Shown here: positions 15,116-17,798 of the stretch, piece by piece
Layout: every line of letters begins with the position of its first letter
Position numbering within the stretch: position 1 is the first letter of the stretch
Source: Ignavibacteria bacterium
GTDB taxonomy: Bacteria > Elusimicrobiota > Endomicrobiia > PHAN01
Direction of reading: 5' to 3'
DNA length: 17,798 nt
Assembly (NCBI GenBank): GCA_041694835.1
Contig: JBGFRZ010000084.1
Coordinates: forward strand, 1 to 17,798
Notes under the pieces: generated by a model
Databases searched by the model: none
The model's input: the letters and a program-made list of their open reading frames with translations, nothing else
What the model was told of the DNA's origin: nothing
Translations under genes and position numbers: made by a program

Positions 15116-17437
15116 ATGTCGGAAAGTTATACGCAAGTGAAATCACGATTTGTAAAATCTTCGGAATTAATCGACGAGAAAAACAGATTTGCAGAACAAG
15201 ACATCCATATATTGGAACGTATGTTCATTGCTTACCGCGCCATTGCAATTCTTATGTTTAATTTTGCGCAGTCAGGTCATCCCGGGGGTTCAATTTCAGT
15301 CGGTCGGATACTTCTGAATCTGGTCTTTAATAAAAATACGAAGATGGATATTGGCGACTTGAGTCGAGGCGATTCAGATGTAATCGGTATGGCCGCCGGC
15401 CACAAGGCTCTCGGTTTGTATTCGTTCCTTGGTTTGCTTTTTGAGATGGTAAAGCTTAAAGACAAAAAACTCTATGATTCGATAAAAAGCAAAATACGGT
15501 TTGAAGATCTGCTCGGCTTCCGAAAAAATCCTGCCACGCTCACGCCTCTGATGAAAAAATACGGTTCCAAAAGATTGGACGGTCATCCGACGCCCGAAAC
15601 TCCGGGTGTTGTTCTTGCCACGGGAGCATCGGGCGTGGGTTTCGGCGCGTTCGGCGGATATGCTTTTGCGAAAAACGAGTATTTCGAAAATCCGCCGGTT
15701 ATAAACATCATTGAGGGAGAAGGCGGCATGACGCCCGGCCGCGTTCACGAAAATCTCGCTCATTTTTGGGCGCTTGACATATGGAACTTGATAATACATG
15801 TGGATTGGAACAACGCGAGTATCGATGCCGACAATGTGTGTTCCGAAGAGGGCTGCTGTGGTCAGTACGTCAACTGGAGACCTTACGACCTCGGAGTGTT
15901 GCACGGCTACAACGTCGTTTTTGTAGATAACGGCTGCGACAACGAGCACATAAAAGCATCGCAAAATTACATCTTCGAGAAAACATTTGCGGAAAAGCCC
16001 TCCCCGAATATGATAGTTTATCGTACCAAAAAAGGAGAGGGCTACATGGAGGGGAGGAAGTCCCATGGGGCGGGATATAAAATGGATTCCGACGAATATT
16101 TTAAAATGCAGAAAATTTTCGAGGATACTTTCAACGTCAAATTCATTAAAACCCCGCCCTCCGCCACCTCCGAAGTCAAAGAGGAGTATTTCTACAAAAA
16201 CCTGCTCATTGTCGAAAATGCGCTCGAATCCGATGGACAACTCATTGATTTCGGCTACAATGGACTGATGGTGAGCCGCGACGCTCTCGGGAATGCCGCA
16301 AGAAGGCCCAAAAAAAATGTAGCGAGAGTCTCCGTTATTTTCGAAAAATCCGATGTTCTTGACATTAAAAATCCGCCTGCGGAAATTTTATATAAAGCCG
16401 GGGATTCCATAACTCTGCGTGAGTCGCTCGGCAACACACTTCATTATCTCAACAAGCTTTCAGGAGGCGGGTTATACGGTTTTGCCGCCGACCTCGTCGG
16501 CTCGACGAGCCTGAACCTTATGTGCGAGGACTTCCAAAAAAAGGGATTTCACTCTTGTGAAAATCCTTATGCGAAGATTATTCCAACCGGCATCTGCGAG
16601 GATGGAAGCTCCAGTTTGATTTCCGGGATTTCGGCCACAGGTCATTACATGGGGGTCGGAAGTTCCTACGCCACATTTATGAGTCCCATGGGATTTACGG
16701 CAGCAAGGTTGTTCGCGATAGCTTATCAGTCGAAGCATGGCAAAGACATTCTGCCAATAATACTCATAAACGCTCACGCGGGACTAAAAACCGGCGAAGA
16801 TGGGCCGACCCATGCTTGCCCCCAGACGCTGTCACTCTGGAAGAGTTTCAATAAATTACAGTGGAAGGTCATTACTCTGACGCCTTGGGATCCGAATGAA
16901 ATCTGGCCGCTTATGGTGGCTTCACTAAGAGAAAGACCGGTCGTCATACTGCCTTATGTCAGTCGACCGGCTGAGATTGTGGTTGACAGAAAAAAGCATA
17001 ATTTCCCTGACATTTCGGAAGTAGTTGACGGAATATACTATATCCGTCGCGCGAAAAAATCAAAAGCAACGGTATTATATCAAGGTGCAGAAGTAGGTAT
17101 TGAGTTGCCAAATGTCGTTGAAACACTGGACAGAGAAAAAATAGATGTAAATATCCTGTATGTTTCAAGTTCAGAATTGTTTTCATATCTGCCAAAGAAA
17201 AAACAAGATGAAATTCTACCTGAAGAATTCAAACAAAATGCGATGGCTATAACGGGCTTTACTATTGATACAATGTATGAATATCTACTCTCTGAAAAAG
17301 GGCGTGACTTTTCTTTGCATCCGTTCAAGAAAGGAATATTTTTAGGCTCAGGTCCCGGTGGCGAAGTCCTTAAACAAGCCGGCTTGGATGTCAAAAGCCA
17401 AATCCAAACGATAAAAAAATATATCAAGAACTTGTGA
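15116..17437 (+). CDS. Transketolase-like TPP-dependent enzyme (divergent)
   Basis: AGGAGG SD before ATG 15116; SGHPGGSIS, AAGHKA, LDGHPTP..PGV..ATG, YRTKKG, SHG, ADLVGST, GICE, HAGLKTGEDGPTH; TPP motif reads EGEGG...DWNN. Confidence 0.85.
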   Translation: MSESYTQVKSRFVKSSELIDEKNRFAEQDIHILERMFIAYRAIAILMFNFAQSGHPGGSISVGRILLNLVFNKNTKMDIGDLSRGDSDVIGMAAGHKALGLYSFLGLLFEMVKLKDKKLYDSIKSKIRFEDLLGFRKNPATLTPLMKKYGSKRLDGHPTPETPGVVLATGASGVGFGAFGGYAFAKNEYFENPPVINIIEGEGGMTPGRVHENLAHFWALDIWNLIIHVDWNNASIDADNVCSEEGCCGQYVNWRPYDLGVLHGYNVVFVDNGCDNEHIKASQNYIFEKTFAEKPSPNMIVYRTKKGEGYMEGRKSHGAGYKMDSDEYFKMQKIFEDTFNVKFIKTPPSATSEVKEEYFYKNLLIVENALESDGQLIDFGYNGLMVSRDALGNAARRPKKNVARVSVIFEKSDVLDIKNPPAEILYKAGDSITLRESLGNTLHYLNKLSGGGLYGFAADLVGSTSLNLMCEDFQKKGFHSCENPYAKIIPTGICEDGSSSLISGISATGHYMGVGSSYATFMSPMGFTAARLFAIAYQSKHGKDILPIILINAHAGLKTGEDGPTHACPQTLSLWKSFNKLQWKVITLTPWDPNEIWPLMVASLRERPVVILPYVSRPAEIVVDRKKHNFPDISEVVDGIYYIRRAKKSKATVLYQGAEVGIELPNVVETLDREKIDVNILYVSSSELFSYLPKKKQDEILPEEFKQNAMAITGFTIDTMYEYLLSEKGRDFSLHPFKKGIFLGSGPGGEVLKQAGLDVKSQIQTIKKYIKNL

Positions 17438-17440
17438 AAA

Positions 17441-17798
17441 ATGAAAACATTAGAAATTGAGCCAACAATAAAATACAAAAGAAGAAATTTTGGTGAACAT
17501 TTAACATCAGTAAGGGTATTTTACAATTACATACTCCCACATATTAAAAATGATATATATAAATATATGTGGGTTGACTTGTATGCCGGAGAAGGAAACC
17601 TAATTTTACCTATTTTAGAATTTATTCATCCAACTCAACGGGTTGATTTTTTTAGAGAACAAATATTTCTATTTGAAATACAAACTGAGTTAGTAGAAAG
17701 GGCAATAACAAAAGCCCAGTATTATGGTATTCCTAAAAAAATTGCAACAGAAAATATTGTCCAAAAAGATACTCTCCGAAACTTTCCTAAAAATATTT
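17441..17798 (+). CDS. Probable N6-adenine DNA methyltransferase, 5' part (runs off the window)
   Basis: Open frame from ATG 17441: MKTLEIEPTIKYKRRNFGEHLTSVRVFYNYILPHIKNDIYKYMWVDLYAGEGNLILPILE...FLFEIQTELVERA...IVQKDTL; motif X-like GEHLT, SAM-binding motif I DLYAGEG, motif II FEI. Catalytic motif IV lies beyond the window. Confidence 0.75.
   Translation, partial: MKTLEIEPTIKYKRRNFGEHLTSVRVFYNYILPHIKNDIYKYMWVDLYAGEGNLILPILEFIHPTQRVDFFREQIFLFEIQTELVERAITKAQYYGIPKKIATENIVQKDTLRNFPKNI

Noticed and set aside
15374-16240. 288-aa minus-strand ORF
   Set aside because: Entirely antisense to the transketolase-like gene, no recognisable motifs; shadow ORF.

Overview
Chromosomal window (roughly low-40s % GC) from a Gram-negative bacterium. 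Left to right: a TetR-family regulator with a probable auto-operator; an ~800-nt intergenic tract packed with GTAG-footed palindromes, short tandem repeats and a hidden minus-strand gene broken by two in-frame TAG codons; a rearranged partial Tol-Pal cluster (pal, cpoB, tolA/tonB-like, tolB); a convergent Memo-AMMECR1 (AmrB-AmrA) fusion; then a long tightly packed + strand run. That run begins with a miniature microcompartment cassette (flavoprotein/Cys-cluster/DeoC fusion with an encapsulation-peptide-like N-terminus, one BMC-H shell gene, one small cargo-like gene). It continues with pilT, a DnaA paralogue whose DNA-binding domain IV is replaced by an unrelated domain, a membrane GAF-GAF receptor with no output domain, and a class I aminotransferase. 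A consensus sigma70 promoter precedes an atypical transketolase, followed by the 5' part of an AT-rich DNA methyltransferase. The best candidates for undescribed biology are the PilT / DnaA-like ATPase / GAF receptor module, the minimal DeoC-BMC cassette, and signal peptides of cpoB and tolB that are encoded by heptamer-based DNA repeats. All family calls are from motif recognition by eye; no searches were run.
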